A stretch of 64,000 nt of DNA from Bacillota bacterium (GCA_012518675.1 JAAYRR010000052.1:8214-72213); one strand, 5' to 3'; shown: positions 25,525-35,321, counted from the stretch's first letter. Numbers and translations are program-made. The notes: generated by a model from the letters alone, not told the origin.

Positions 25525-27216
25525 ATGCTTGCATATTTACATATGCAAAACTTTGCTCTGATCGATGATTTATCCCTGGAATTTTTTCCCGGGATGAATG
25601 TTTTAACGGGAGAAACAGGTGCCGGGAAATCCATGTTAATCGGGGCCATTAATCTTATTTTGGGGGAAAGGGCCTCCAGTGAACAGGTCCGCTCCGGCAC
25701 CGAACAAGCCTTTATTGAAACTGTTTTCACTGTCGCCCCTGATTATAAACAGTTAAGAGAAATACTAGCGGAAAACGGCCTGTTGCAGGAAACGGAATTG
25801 ATTATCCTACGGGAAATTTCTCTTAGCGGCCGCAATATCTGCCGTGTTAACGGCAGGGCTGTCCCCCTGTCATTGTTAAAAGAGTTGGGCAGTGTACTTG
25901 TAGATTTACATGGTCAACACAGCCACCAATCACTCTTGAAACCGGAAAAACACCTGTTTTTTTTGGATGAATTTGGTGGCAGGGAGCTTTTAAATATAAA
26001 ACACAGCTACCAGGAAACCTACCGCCGTTGGCAGCAGGTGCAAAAAAAATTAAAAGTCAGGGGCGCTTCCCCTGAGGAAAGAAAAAGAAAGCTGGAACTG
26101 CTTATTTTTCAAAGGGATGAAATTTTAGAAGCTTCTCTTACAGCAGCAGAAGAAGAATCCTTGCAACAAAGGCTTTTACTGCTTAATAATATGGAAAAGC
26201 TGCATACTATGGCCAGCCGGGCCTATTTTGAAATTTATAGCAGTGATAATGCGTTACAGGCGTCGGTTGTTGATCAAATCGGCAGTATCGAAAAAGAAAT
26301 GTCTTCTTTGTTGGAAATTGATCCCCAGTTGGTACCTTTCGTAGAAATATTACAAGAAATAAGTACAGGTCTTACCGAACTAGGCCGTGAACTTTATACT
26401 TATTTAGACGGTCTTACCTTTTCGGCTGAGGAAAAAACAGAAACTGAAAATCGCTTGGAGCTTTACCGGCGTTTAAAAGAAAAATATGGTGCCACTGTGG
26501 AAGAAGTACTTTCTTTTGCTGAAAAATGCATACAAGAAATAACGGTTCTGGAAAACAGTGCAGCAAAAACTTTGCGCTGGGAAGCAGAAGAAAGAAGCCT
26601 CCGGCAGGAAACCGCACAAATTGCCGCGCAGTTGACAGCCCAAAGAAAAAAAACTGCACAAAAATTAAAGTTACTTGTTACAGAAGCTTTGCAGGAGCTA
26701 AGTATGGAAAGTGCTTGTTTTGACGTCCAGTTTACAGAACAGAAAGCGCCGGGCCCCACAGGCCGGGAGGAGCTGGAGTTTTTATTTTCCGCAAACCCCG
26801 GGGAACCTCCGAAACCTTTGGTCCGTATTATTTCTGCAGGGGAAGCAGCCCGGGTAATGCTGGCCTTAAAAAGCATTTTGGCAGCACAGGATCATATTCC
26901 CACCCTTATTTTTGATGAAATAGACAGCGGCATCGGCGGCTATACAATCCAAAAAGTTTCAGAAAAAATGGTCGGGTTAAGTAAAAAACACCAGGTGATC
27001 TGTGTAACACACAGCCCCCAAATTGCCAGCGCCGCCGATCACCAGTACTATATTTTTAAAGAAGTATCACAAGGGCGCACAGCCACTGCTGTGCGCTACC
27101 TCCAAGGGGAAAAAAGGATTATGGAAATTGCACGCCTTTTAAACGGCGGTAACATAGACAATATTACTAAAAAACATGCTGCAGAACTTTTAAAAAAAGG
27201 ACAAGGGCTTTCCTGA
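25525..27216 (+). CDS. recN: DNA repair protein RecN
   Basis: N-terminal Walker A GETGAGKS, a long coiled coil, and the C-terminal signature region. No argR/ahrC gene lies between nadK and recN here. Confidence 0.95.
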   Translation: MLAYLHMQNFALIDDLSLEFFPGMNVLTGETGAGKSMLIGAINLILGERASSEQVRSGTEQAFIETVFTVAPDYKQLREILAENGLLQETELIILREISLSGRNICRVNGRAVPLSLLKELGSVLVDLHGQHSHQSLLKPEKHLFFLDEFGGRELLNIKHSYQETYRRWQQVQKKLKVRGASPEERKRKLELLIFQRDEILEASLTAAEEESLQQRLLLLNNMEKLHTMASRAYFEIYSSDNALQASVVDQIGSIEKEMSSLLEIDPQLVPFVEILQEISTGLTELGRELYTYLDGLTFSAEEKTETENRLELYRRLKEKYGATVEEVLSFAEKCIQEITVLENSAAKTLRWEAEERSLRQETAQIAAQLTAQRKKTAQKLKLLVTEALQELSMESACFDVQFTEQKAPGPTGREELEFLFSANPGEPPKPLVRIISAGEAARVMLALKSILAAQDHIPTLIFDEIDSGIGGYTIQKVSEKMVGLSKKHQVICVTHSPQIASAADHQYYIFKEVSQGRTATAVRYLQGEKRIMEIARLLNGGNIDNITKKHAAELLKKGQGLS

Positions 27217-27364
27217 CAGCCGCAATGTACCCCCAAAGTTTACCATTGCAGTAATGCCAAATAAAACAATTTTATTATGTTAATAAAAAGGGATAAAAAA
27301 ACCCTCCTCGAGACAATTTAAAGTTGTATCCTAAAATCTTTACGGCTCTGCGGGGGGGTTTTTT

Positions 27365-28675
27365 ATGCGTAATTTTTTTAAAAGAAACATAGTCTGCACC
27401 TTCATCGTTTTTTTGTTGCTGCTTTCTTTATTTTTTTCCTTAGGCATTAAAAATAACCTGGAAGACAGCTTGCGCCTTTTTGAAGGCCAGGAATATTCCT
27501 ACCGGGTTAAATTTCCTTTAAAACTTTATATCAAAGCCGACAAAACTGATATATTAAATATCAACGGCGATGTTATTAACAGCAATGAATTTAATCACCT
27601 ACATTCACAAGAAGGCGTTTCCCTGCGCGGTCTAAACAAAGGTAATGTTTGCCTGGAATTTAGCTTGTTCAAAGGCCTGATTCCCATCAGGCAACTCACC
27701 GTCAGCGTTTTACCAGAGATAACACTGCACCCCGGTGGCCACTCTATCGGTATAAAATTGCACGCCGAAGGTGCGCTGGTCGTCGGATATTTTTATTTGG
27801 AAGACGAAGGGAAAAAATTTTCGCCGGCAGAAGAAAGCGGTATATTAATCGGTGATACTATTTTGGCGGTTAATGGTATTAGAATTAAAGATTTGGATGA
27901 AGCCGCGGCAGTAATCGGTAGAGAATCTCAAAAAGGGGCCCTTAAGTTTCTTGTTAAAAGAAAAGGTGAAAATTTGGAGATGCAGGTTGTTCCCCGGATG
28001 TGTCCTGATAGTCAGGAGTACCGTATCGGGCTTTATATCCGTGATACTGCTGCTGGGGTGGGAACCCTGACCTTTTATGAGCCTGAAAGGGATTATTACG
28101 GTGCCCTAGGCCATATTGTCACTGACAGTGACACCCGTACGGTATTGGATATTGACGAAGGCTTGATTGTACGGGCGGATATAGTAAATATTAAAATGGC
28201 CCAGCGGGGGCAGCCCGGGGAAAAGGCAGGGGTTTTTAAAGAGGGGAGAGATATTTTGGGGACGATCTCCAAAAACACTGATTTTGGTATCTATGGCCAA
28301 TTAAAAAACATCGCCGCCTGCGAAACCCCTTATCCAAACCCTATCCCTTTGGGGCTCTGTTTCGAGGTGGAACCCGGGCCTGCAGAAATGCTTACCGTTG
28401 TAGAGGGCAATAAAATACAAAGCTTTTGTCTGGAAATTGAAAAAGTGCTCAATCAAAATAAGCCTGTGGATAAAGGAATTATTATCAGGGTAGTGGATGA
28501 AAATTTACTGACCCAAACCGGGGGTATCGTGCAGGGGATGAGTGGCAGTCCGATCATTCAAAACGGGCGTCTGGTAGGCGCTGTAACACATGTTTTTGTA
28601 AACGATCCTTCACGAGGATACGGGATTTTTGCAGAATGGATGGTTAAAGAAATGGAACTTTTACCGGTTTCGTAA
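27365..28675 (+). CDS. spoIVB: SpoIVB peptidase (S55; PDZ + serine peptidase)
   Basis: PDZ region GDTILAVNGIRIKDLDEA and catalytic region GIVQGMSGSPIIQNGRLVGAVTHVF. Signal anchor at the N-terminus. Confidence 0.95.
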   Translation: MRNFFKRNIVCTFIVFLLLLSLFFSLGIKNNLEDSLRLFEGQEYSYRVKFPLKLYIKADKTDILNINGDVINSNEFNHLHSQEGVSLRGLNKGNVCLEFSLFKGLIPIRQLTVSVLPEITLHPGGHSIGIKLHAEGALVVGYFYLEDEGKKFSPAEESGILIGDTILAVNGIRIKDLDEAAAVIGRESQKGALKFLVKRKGENLEMQVVPRMCPDSQEYRIGLYIRDTAAGVGTLTFYEPERDYYGALGHIVTDSDTRTVLDIDEGLIVRADIVNIKMAQRGQPGEKAGVFKEGRDILGTISKNTDFGIYGQLKNIAACETPYPNPIPLGLCFEVEPGPAEMLTVVEGNKIQSFCLEIEKVLNQNKPVDKGIIIRVVDENLLTQTGGIVQGMSGSPIIQNGRLVGAVTHVFVNDPSRGYGIFAEWMVKEMELLPVS

Positions 28676-28735
28676 TAAATATTACCGGGTACTTCTATTT
28701 TTTATATAAAAGCCTAAAATATTCCTCCTTTAAGA

Positions 28736-28760
28736 AGGAATTACCTTCCAATTGTCGAAT
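28736..28760 (+). promoter_or_regulatory. Sigma-H type promoter of spo0A (AGGAATT - 11 nt - gtcGAAT) with a Spo0A '0A box' TGTCGAA overlapping the -10
   Basis: -35 AGGAATT at 28736-28742. RNNGAAT -10 at 28754-28760. 0A box TGTCGAA at 28753-28759. All lie about 55 nt upstream of the spo0A ATG. Confidence 0.55.
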
Positions 28761-28816
28761 AATTTATAAGTAAGATATAAAACAATTTATCTTAGACTTC
28801 TTAAGGGGGCCTGTAT

Positions 28817-29617
28817 ATGCTAAAAGTATTAATTGCAGATGATAACAGAGAATTTAACGAACTTTTATCGGAATATATCAATAAAGAACCGGATATCGAA
28901 GTAATTGGCAATGCTTATAATGGAAAAGAAGCTTTGGCGTTCCTGCAGGAAAATGTGCCGGATATTGTTCTTTTAGATATTATTATGCCGCATCTTGACG
29001 GCATCGGCGTGCTGGAGGAACTGGGCAGAATGGACCTGTCGCCCAAACCGAAGGTGATTATGTTAACAGCCTTCGGTCACGAAAATATTACACAAAGGGC
29101 GGTAGAATTGGGGGCCTCGTACTACATCCTTAAACCGTTTAATTTAGAGGTTTTAGCCGAAAGAATACGACAATTAGGCAGAAACCAGATTAGCATCCAA
29201 CGTGCACCGCTCACCAGTAGCCCGGAGGGCACACCCCCTAAGGGAAAAAACAGCTACATTGAAGAAATCACTAAAATAATCCATGAAATTGGTATACCAG
29301 CCCATATAAAGGGCTACCTTTACCTGCGTGATGCTATTGCCATGGTTGTAGAGGAAATAGAACTTTTAGGTTCGGTAACAAAGGTTCTTTATCCCCGCAT
29401 TGCGGAAAAATTTGAAACTACACCCAGCAGGGTAGAACGTGCTATCCGCCATGCTATTGAAGTGGCCTGGTCCAGAAACAGTGTGGAAACAATTAAAAAA
29501 TTTTTTGGCTATACAATAAACACGGAAAAGGGTAAACCAACAAATTCTGAATTTATTGCTCTGATTGCCGATCGTATCCGTTTGAAAAATAAAAAGTATG
29601 AATACAAAGTGCAATAG
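28817..29617 (+). CDS. spo0A: Stage 0 sporulation protein A (response regulator, master regulator of sporulation)
   Basis: REC domain (LIADDNREF...[14 protein letters not shown]) plus the unique Spo0A C-terminal DNA-binding domain (…[21 protein letters not shown]…). Confidence 0.97.
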   Translation: MLKVLIADDNREFNELLSEYINKEPDIEVIGNAYNGKEALAFLQENVPDIVLLDIIMPHLDGIGVLEELGRMDLSPKPKVIMLTAFGHENITQRAVELGASYYILKPFNLEVLAERIRQLGRNQISIQRAPLTSSPEGTPPKGKNSYIEEITKIIHEIGIPAHIKGYLYLRDAIAMVVEEIELLGSVTKVLYPRIAEKFETTPSRVERAIRHAIEVAWSRNSVETIKKFFGYTINTEKGKPTNSEFIALIADRIRLKNKKYEYKVQ

Positions 29618-29638
29618 ACCTAAGCATACATAAATTAC

Positions 29639-29667
29639 CACTGCCGGTCAGGGCAGTGTATTTTATT
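29639..29667 (+). terminator. Intrinsic terminator of spo0A (CACTGCC-ggtcag-GGCAGTG + U tract)
   Basis: 7-bp stem and a tattttatt tail, 20 nt after the stop codon. Confidence 0.65.
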
Positions 29668-29720
29668 GACTTAAAACTTAGCTTTATTTTTCTTTCAACC
29701 TCTTTATTTTTTGTTTAAAA

Positions 29721-29760
29721 TAGGACACCTACCTAAAAGTGTCCTATTTTTTTATTTTTT
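29721..29760 (+). terminator. Second tandem intrinsic terminator (TAGGACAC-loop-GTGTCCTA + T14)
   Basis: Perfect 8-bp stem, 10-nt loop, long T-run. Confidence 0.7.
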
Positions 29761-29818
29761 CTTATAAAATAAGTGAAAATTATACATACTAACTGTAAAT
29801 AACAAAAGTATTGGAGCA

Positions 29819-30964
29819 TTGTCAACAGCAATGAGGCCTCGCGGAAAAGGAAAGATTATACAGGGTGTCCTGAAAAAAGATCGCAAAACCAAAAAGCTTT
29901 GCAAAAGGCTGTTACCGGGGGATATCGCCCTGATCGCCCATCGGGATCTTGATGAACTTGCTGCCCAGGAACTCGTCGAAAAAAAAATTAGGGCTGTGAT
30001 TAATGCTTCTGATATTTTTACCGGGAAATACCCTGCCCAAGGTGCTAAATACCTATGGGAAAAAGGGGTTTATACCCTTGACGATGTAGGGGATAAAATT
30101 TTTTTTCTTATCCCGGAGGGGGCAATGATTAGGATAGAGGGGAATTCAATTTATTATCAGGGGAAAAAAGTCGGCCAGGGCAGGGTTATCAGGCGAGAAT
30201 TTCTACAGCACAAAATAGCCCTGGCTGAAAAAAATATTAACCACCAGTTGGATTTGTTTGTTCAAAACACCCTTGATTATGTAAAGAAAGAGAAACATTT
30301 AATTCTGGGCAAACTGGAAATACCAAAACTTAAAACCAGGCTTGCCGGTAAACATGTTCTGGTTGTCATCCGGGGCAAAAATTATAAACAGGATTTACGG
30401 TTGATCCGTTCCTATATCAAGGATGTTAAACCTGTACTAATCGGTGTTGACGGCGGGGGCGACGCCCTGTGTGAAATGGGTTTAAAACCGCATCTTATTA
30501 TCGGGGATATGGACAGTGTAGCAGATACCACCTTAAAAACAGCGGATGAAATTATAGTACACGCCTACCGTAACGGCTTTGCTCCGGGAATGGCACGTGT
30601 TTCCCGGCTGGGTTTAAAAGCCCAGGTTATCGCTGCACCCGGTACAAGTGAAGATCTGGCCTTTTTGCTATCCTATGAGAAAAAAGCGGAACTAATAGTG
30701 GCCGTAGGCTCCCATTCGCATTTACTTGACTTTATGGAAAAAGGACGTAAAGGAATGGCCTCCACCTTTTTAGTGCGCCTTAAGGTCGGGCATAAACTTG
30801 TTGATGCCAAGGGTCTGGCCCATTTATATCAGGGGGGGATAAAATGGCACCACCTGACTGCCTTGTTGGCTGCAGCGCTCTTTCCCATAGCTGTCATGGC
30901 TGCTTTTTCACCCCTGGTGCGCCATTTTCTTTACCTATTTTCCTGGAAACTGGGATTACATTAA
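29819..30964 (+). CDS. steA: SteA-like putative cytokinetic-ring protein (thiamine-pyrophosphokinase-like catalytic domain, C-terminal TM helix)
   Basis: 381 aa; TPK-like motif LIIGDMDSV...IIVHAYRNG; C-terminal TM LTALLAAALFPIAVMAAF. Confidence 0.65.
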   Translation: MSTAMRPRGKGKIIQGVLKKDRKTKKLCKRLLPGDIALIAHRDLDELAAQELVEKKIRAVINASDIFTGKYPAQGAKYLWEKGVYTLDDVGDKIFFLIPEGAMIRIEGNSIYYQGKKVGQGRVIRREFLQHKIALAEKNINHQLDLFVQNTLDYVKKEKHLILGKLEIPKLKTRLAGKHVLVVIRGKNYKQDLRLIRSYIKDVKPVLIGVDGGGDALCEMGLKPHLIIGDMDSVADTTLKTADEIIVHAYRNGFAPGMARVSRLGLKAQVIAAPGTSEDLAFLLSYEKKAELIVAVGSHSHLLDFMEKGRKGMASTFLVRLKVGHKLVDAKGLAHLYQGGIKWHHLTALLAAALFPIAVMAAFSPLVRHFLYLFSWKLGLH

Positions 30965-30986
30965 AAAAAGGGAAGTATATTACACC

Positions 30987-31829
30987 ATGGATCAGCAACA
31001 AAACCATATTGTTTTCTTGGTAGCCGTTTTTTTAGCTTTGGGTATTGGAATTTTATTTGGCGCTTCCATGGGGGAAAAAACCCTTGTCACCAATCAAATT
31101 GCTGTAATCGAAGAACTGAGAAATGAAATCCGGCGTCATCAGGAAGAAGTGGAGACCCAGTTTCTTTCTGCTGCACAGTTGAAAGATGAAATTTTACGCT
31201 GGGAGGCCTTGGAAGAAAGCCATCTGAGTCCATTATTATTGCAGGACAAATTAAAAAATGTAAAAATAACGGTTATTGTACAGGGAGGTTTGCCTGCAGA
31301 TCTGGAATATTTTTTGGATTTATGCGGTTGCAGTTACCAAACCTTTATTTTTGCAGATGCAAACTCCTGGCAGGAATCTTTTGGCGGAAAAGACGTTAAT
31401 TTTCCTGCTTTACAAACAGAAACAATTTCATCTTTATTGCTGGGTGATACCCGGGAGATGATGTTCTTTGAGGAAAAAAACGCGTCTGCCGGGGAAGTTT
31501 TAAAATGGTTGGCAGAAAAAAAATTATTGTGGCTGAAAACAAATAAAAATACAGCGGCTTCAGCAGACACTACACTCCAAAAACAAACTTACAGCAGGGA
31601 GCTTTTTGTCACTTATGGGGAGCTGGATTCCTTTTGCCTAGATCTTGTCGAACGAATCGGCCAAAAAGGGAAAACCGTTTTCTGGATTAACGCTCCGGCA
31701 GAAAATAAAATAAACTTCCCCCCGGAAACGGGGGGGGCTGTTTTTGAGAATAAGGCCCTGGACAATTTTCACAACCGGTTAAAAATATTGGAGTGTTTGC
31801 AGGCAGAGGCGCCGGCGGGGGGGAGGTAA
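30987..31829 (+). CDS. steB: SteB / MctB-like membrane-anchored protein ('copper transporter'-annotated family)
   Basis: N-terminal TM (IVFLVAVFLALGIGILFGA), a coiled-coil segment, and a C-terminal domain. Paired with steA as in actinobacterial steA-steB. Confidence 0.55.
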   Translation: MDQQQNHIVFLVAVFLALGIGILFGASMGEKTLVTNQIAVIEELRNEIRRHQEEVETQFLSAAQLKDEILRWEALEESHLSPLLLQDKLKNVKITVIVQGGLPADLEYFLDLCGCSYQTFIFADANSWQESFGGKDVNFPALQTETISSLLLGDTREMMFFEEKNASAGEVLKWLAEKKLLWLKTNKNTAASADTTLQKQTYSRELFVTYGELDSFCLDLVERIGQKGKTVFWINAPAENKINFPPETGGAVFENKALDNFHNRLKILECLQAEAPAGGR

Positions 31830-31837
31830 AAAAGGAA

Positions 31838-32509
31838 ATGCAGGTTTCAGCTATTATTCCTGCCTATAACGAAGAAGGCTGGGTAGGAAAAACAGTGCAG
31901 GCCCTACAGCAGGTTGCAGAAATTGGAGAAATCATTGTAGTTGATGATGGTTCAACAGATTATACCTCCCAAGAGGCGCAAAATGCAGGTGCTGATGTCT
32001 GCCGTTTTCTTAAAAATAAAGGCAAAAGCCAGGCTTTGCGGGAAGGGGCCCGGAAGGCCCGGGGGAAAATATTGGCCTTTGTAGATGCCGACCTGGGAGA
32101 AACCGCCCGGGAGTTTCACAAGTTGATCGCTTCTGTTTTAGCCGATGAAACAGATATGGCTATCGGCTGCTTCCGGGCACCAAAACGAGCCGGGCTGGGG
32201 CTGGTAAGAACACTGGCCAGCCGGGGGATCTGTTATTATACCGGACAAAAAATGACAGCTCCCTTATCCGGACAACGTGTCCTTAAACGTAGTTTGTGGG
32301 AAAACCTAACTTTTCCTGTAGAAGGTTTTGCGGCAGAAGTGGCGTTGACAATTGAAAGTTTAAGAAAAGGCTTCCGGGTTAAAGAGATACCGGTACAGAT
32401 GAAACACCGTTTTGGTGATAACAGCTGCCGGGCCTTTTTGCACAGGGGCAACCAGTTTTACGAAATAATGAAAATGTTTTTGTTACACAACTATGATTTT
32501 TTAAGCTAG
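31838..32509 (+). CDS. Family-2 glycosyltransferase (dolichyl-phosphate-mannose-synthase / GpgS-like)
   Basis: VSAIIPAYNEE...VVDDGSTDYT...FVDADL (DxD). RBS GGGAGGTAAAAAAGG precedes ATG 31838. Confidence 0.8.
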   Translation: MQVSAIIPAYNEEGWVGKTVQALQQVAEIGEIIVVDDGSTDYTSQEAQNAGADVCRFLKNKGKSQALREGARKARGKILAFVDADLGETAREFHKLIASVLADETDMAIGCFRAPKRAGLGLVRTLASRGICYYTGQKMTAPLSGQRVLKRSLWENLTFPVEGFAAEVALTIESLRKGFRVKEIPVQMKHRFGDNSCRAFLHRGNQFYEIMKMFLLHNYDFLS

Positions 32510-32545
32510 CAAGCAGTAATAATAAACCTATGGAGGACAGACTAT

Positions 32546-33373
32546 ATGCCTGAGGTTCTTTCACTACCTTTCCTGACAGTTGCGGTACCTGTTCTGGTTA
32601 CCTACCTATTAACCCCCTACTATATCCATGTGCAAAAAACAAAAAACGTTTTGGCTGTCAATTACCAGGGAACCAAGGTCGTTACAGGCGGCGGCCTGGT
32701 TTTGCTGGCTGCCTTAGCCGGTATAATTTTTTTAAATTTTTTTACCTTACAGGGGGAACTGTTTTCTGGGGTAATGTTCTTGTATTTGGGTGGTATTACC
32801 CTCTTGGGTATGTATGATGACCTCAGGGGTGAAAAAGGTTGCAAAGGCTTTCGCGGTCATTTCCTGAAATTTTGGCGCAAAAGGAAAATCTCCACAGGCC
32901 TTTACAAAGCCAGCGGCGGATTGGTTCTTGGAACACTTGTTGCAGCGCTAACAGGCGGGGGCCCTTGGGGTGAATGGTTGTTAAAGGGAATTTTCCTGGC
33001 TCTTCTTTCTAACTTTTTCAACCTTTTGGATACCAGGCCCGCCCGGGCTGCAAAATTTTTCTTCCTGTTTTCATTTGTTTTTATTCTGATCTATAAAATT
33101 AATGTTTTACCGCTTTTTGCCCTTTGGAACGCCCTCTATATTTACCTGTTTTGGGAATTGAAACAGAAAATTATGCTTGGTGATGCCGGGGCCTACTTGT
33201 TAGGCGGGGCCTTGGGTTTTTATTTGGTTGCCGTGTCGTCCCCGGCTGTATTGCTGTTTTTCACAATTATCTTAGTAATTTTGCATTATTTGGGTGAAAA
33301 ATTTTCATTTAGCAGGATTCTGGAAAATAAAGTATTGCTTTTTAACAGGGGGCCTGCCAGAAAGGGGAATTAA
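32546..33373 (+). CDS. Short MraY/WecA-family (GT4) polyprenyl-phosphate sugar-1-phosphate transferase homolog
   Basis: Polytopic membrane protein with the MraY-like DD motif (LLGMYDDLRGEK), NxxNxxD (NFFNLLDTR) and GDAGAYLLGG. It is shorter than MraY (275 aa) and lacks the C-terminal His motif. Confidence 0.6.
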   Translation: MPEVLSLPFLTVAVPVLVTYLLTPYYIHVQKTKNVLAVNYQGTKVVTGGGLVLLAALAGIIFLNFFTLQGELFSGVMFLYLGGITLLGMYDDLRGEKGCKGFRGHFLKFWRKRKISTGLYKASGGLVLGTLVAALTGGGPWGEWLLKGIFLALLSNFFNLLDTRPARAAKFFFLFSFVFILIYKINVLPLFALWNALYIYLFWELKQKIMLGDAGAYLLGGALGFYLVAVSSPAVLLFFTIILVILHYLGEKFSFSRILENKVLLFNRGPARKGN

Positions 33374-33377
33374 ACAA

Positions 33378-34466
33378 TTGCTAAGCACCGCACCGGGAAT
33401 AGTGGAAAACATCCTTTGGTCGCGTAAAGGGTTGCAGTGCCTGGAAGTCAGACTGGGAGGAAAAAAAGAAAAGGCCTTAAATTATCCAATCTTTACCGGT
33501 ACCGCCCTGCCGGGCCACCGGGTTTCGCTAAACACCACAGCAGTAAAATTAAAATTAGGCAGCGGTGGCTTTCATTTTGTAATGGCCAATAATGCCCGCC
33601 GGCGCATGGCTTTCAGTCCGCACGGGCATATCATAAAATTGCGCTATACCCCTTTGCAATTTAAAGTACAGGTCTATGAAGAAATACTCAGCGACAAGGT
33701 TCCCGGGCTGGCTTTAAAACAATACCCGGGATTAAAAAACACGCCGGTTGTCCTTGGTGAGCTGCATAGCATGGTTGTCCCTTTTGTTTTGATGTTAAAA
33801 AAGGTTAATCCTGCCCGAAAAATTGTCTATATTATGACCGACAGTGCGGCCCTGCCCTTGTACCTGAGCGACGCTGTGCATCTCCTGCAGGCGGATCGCT
33901 TATTGGAGGGAACAGTTACTTACGGCCATGCATTTGGGGGAGATCTGGAAACAGTAAATGCTTATACCGCCTTGATTGCCGCCAAGGAAGCCTTAAATGC
34001 AGATGTTATTTTACTTGCCCCGGGACCGGGAGTCGTTGGTACCGCTACACGTTATGGACACAGCGGCATTGAACAGGGGGAACATGTAGACCGGGTGCGT
34101 AAATTTCAAGGGTTGCCGGTAGTTATTCCCCGTATTAGCTTTGCCGATAAAAGAAACAGGCATTATGGTTTAAGTCACCATCTCCTGACAGCCCTTGGTG
34201 AAATATCCGGAAAAGAAGCTTACCTGCCCTTGCCATGCCTTTCCAGGAAGAAAATGCTGACACTTTTTAAACAACTTCAGTCTGCCAACCTGTTTGCCAA
34301 ACATAAAATTACCCTGATCAATAAAATACCCCGTTTTGATTTACGTGCCCAAAAAAAATTCCAGTTGCAATCCATGGGCCGGGGCTTACAGGAAGATCCG
34401 GCGTTTTTTGCTGCAATGGCAGCGACAGCATGTTTTACTGAAAGGCTACTGCAAAAAGGCAAATAA
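33378..34466 (+). CDS. Conserved hypothetical protein (possibly DUF3866 family)
   Basis: About 360 aa soluble protein (…SGGFHFVMA…VVLGELHSMVVP…DVILLAPGPGVVGTATRYGHSGIEQGEHVD…). The preferred start is TTG 33378, 5 nt after the upstream stop and 10 nt after AAAGGGG; the track ORF starts at 33294 inside the preceding gene. Confidence 0.45.
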   Translation: MLSTAPGIVENILWSRKGLQCLEVRLGGKKEKALNYPIFTGTALPGHRVSLNTTAVKLKLGSGGFHFVMANNARRRMAFSPHGHIIKLRYTPLQFKVQVYEEILSDKVPGLALKQYPGLKNTPVVLGELHSMVVPFVLMLKKVNPARKIVYIMTDSAALPLYLSDAVHLLQADRLLEGTVTYGHAFGGDLETVNAYTALIAAKEALNADVILLAPGPGVVGTATRYGHSGIEQGEHVDRVRKFQGLPVVIPRISFADKRNRHYGLSHHLLTALGEISGKEAYLPLPCLSRKKMLTLFKQLQSANLFAKHKITLINKIPRFDLRAQKKFQLQSMGRGLQEDPAFFAAMAATACFTERLLQKGK

Positions 34467-34512
34467 AAAACTTGTAGGCACCCTGCCCAGAATTGCCCCG
34501 CACATAAAAAAC

Positions 34513-34540
34513 ATATTACCCGGCCCTAGATCATATTTAT
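34513..34540 (+). promoter_or_regulatory. Candidate sigma-E promoter for spoIIM (ATATT - 14 nt - CATATTTAT)
   Basis: Matches the sigma-E pattern (-35 ATATT, 14-nt spacer, -10 CATAcanT) about 35 nt upstream of spoIIM. Confidence 0.35.
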
Positions 34541-34574
34541 GTAGCAAAGGACAACCTTAAGGCGGGGATTTATT

Positions 34575-35213
34575 ATGTTTCTAAAACTGCGCCGGGCTTT
34601 ACTTGTATACATCAGGGAAAACCTGGGCATATATACACTTGTAGTTTCATTTTTTCTGGTCGGTATCATAGCCGGTGCCCTGCTGCTTCGTTTCCTGGGG
34701 GAGGGGCAGCTCACAGAGTTAAAATCAACCCTGACTTTCTTTTTTGAAAGCTTGAAAAGTGAAAACCTTACTGCCCTGCATCCCGTTGCACTGTTACGGG
34801 CTTCTTTCCGCAAAAATATTTTATTTTTGTTGATCATCTGGTTGCTGGGTTTGGTGTGGTTTGGTTTTCCTTTAATCTTGCTGTGCTTAACATTCAAAGG
34901 TTTTGCACTCGGCTTTACAGCAGCCTTTCTGGTCCGCCTGGTAGCCCTGAAGGGGATAATATTTTGTCTGGCCGCTCTTTTGCCACACAACCTGATCCTA
35001 ATTCCTGCCTATATTGCCGCTGTGACCACCGCTACAGCTTTTTCACTTTTAAAATTTAACGATCGCCTGGCCAAAAAACAAATTGACAGAAGCCATTATT
35101 ACCGGCGGTATTGTTATTTTATGTTCATGACTCTGGTTGTTATTCTTGCCGGTGGCCTGGTAGAAGCTTATATTACACCGGTGTTCATGCAGCTGTCTGT
35201 TTCCATTATCTAA
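34575..35213 (+). CDS. spoIIM: Stage II sporulation protein M
   Basis: 212 aa, 5 TM helices. The sequence is typical of SpoIIM. It lies next to xerD, as spoIIM does in B. subtilis (fur-spoIIM...ripX). Confidence 0.85.
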   Translation: MFLKLRRALLVYIRENLGIYTLVVSFFLVGIIAGALLLRFLGEGQLTELKSTLTFFFESLKSENLTALHPVALLRASFRKNILFLLIIWLLGLVWFGFPLILLCLTFKGFALGFTAAFLVRLVALKGIIFCLAALLPHNLILIPAYIAAVTTATAFSLLKFNDRLAKKQIDRSHYYRRYCYFMFMTLVVILAGGLVEAYITPVFMQLSVSII

Positions 35214-35321
35214 CCGGGACACCTTGTAAGCAGTTATCTTATTGTTAAAAAAGGATTTTAGCGAAAGATGTGGAATAACTTATTAAAATTGTCGGGATCT
35301 AGCTAAAGGGGATAATTTTGG

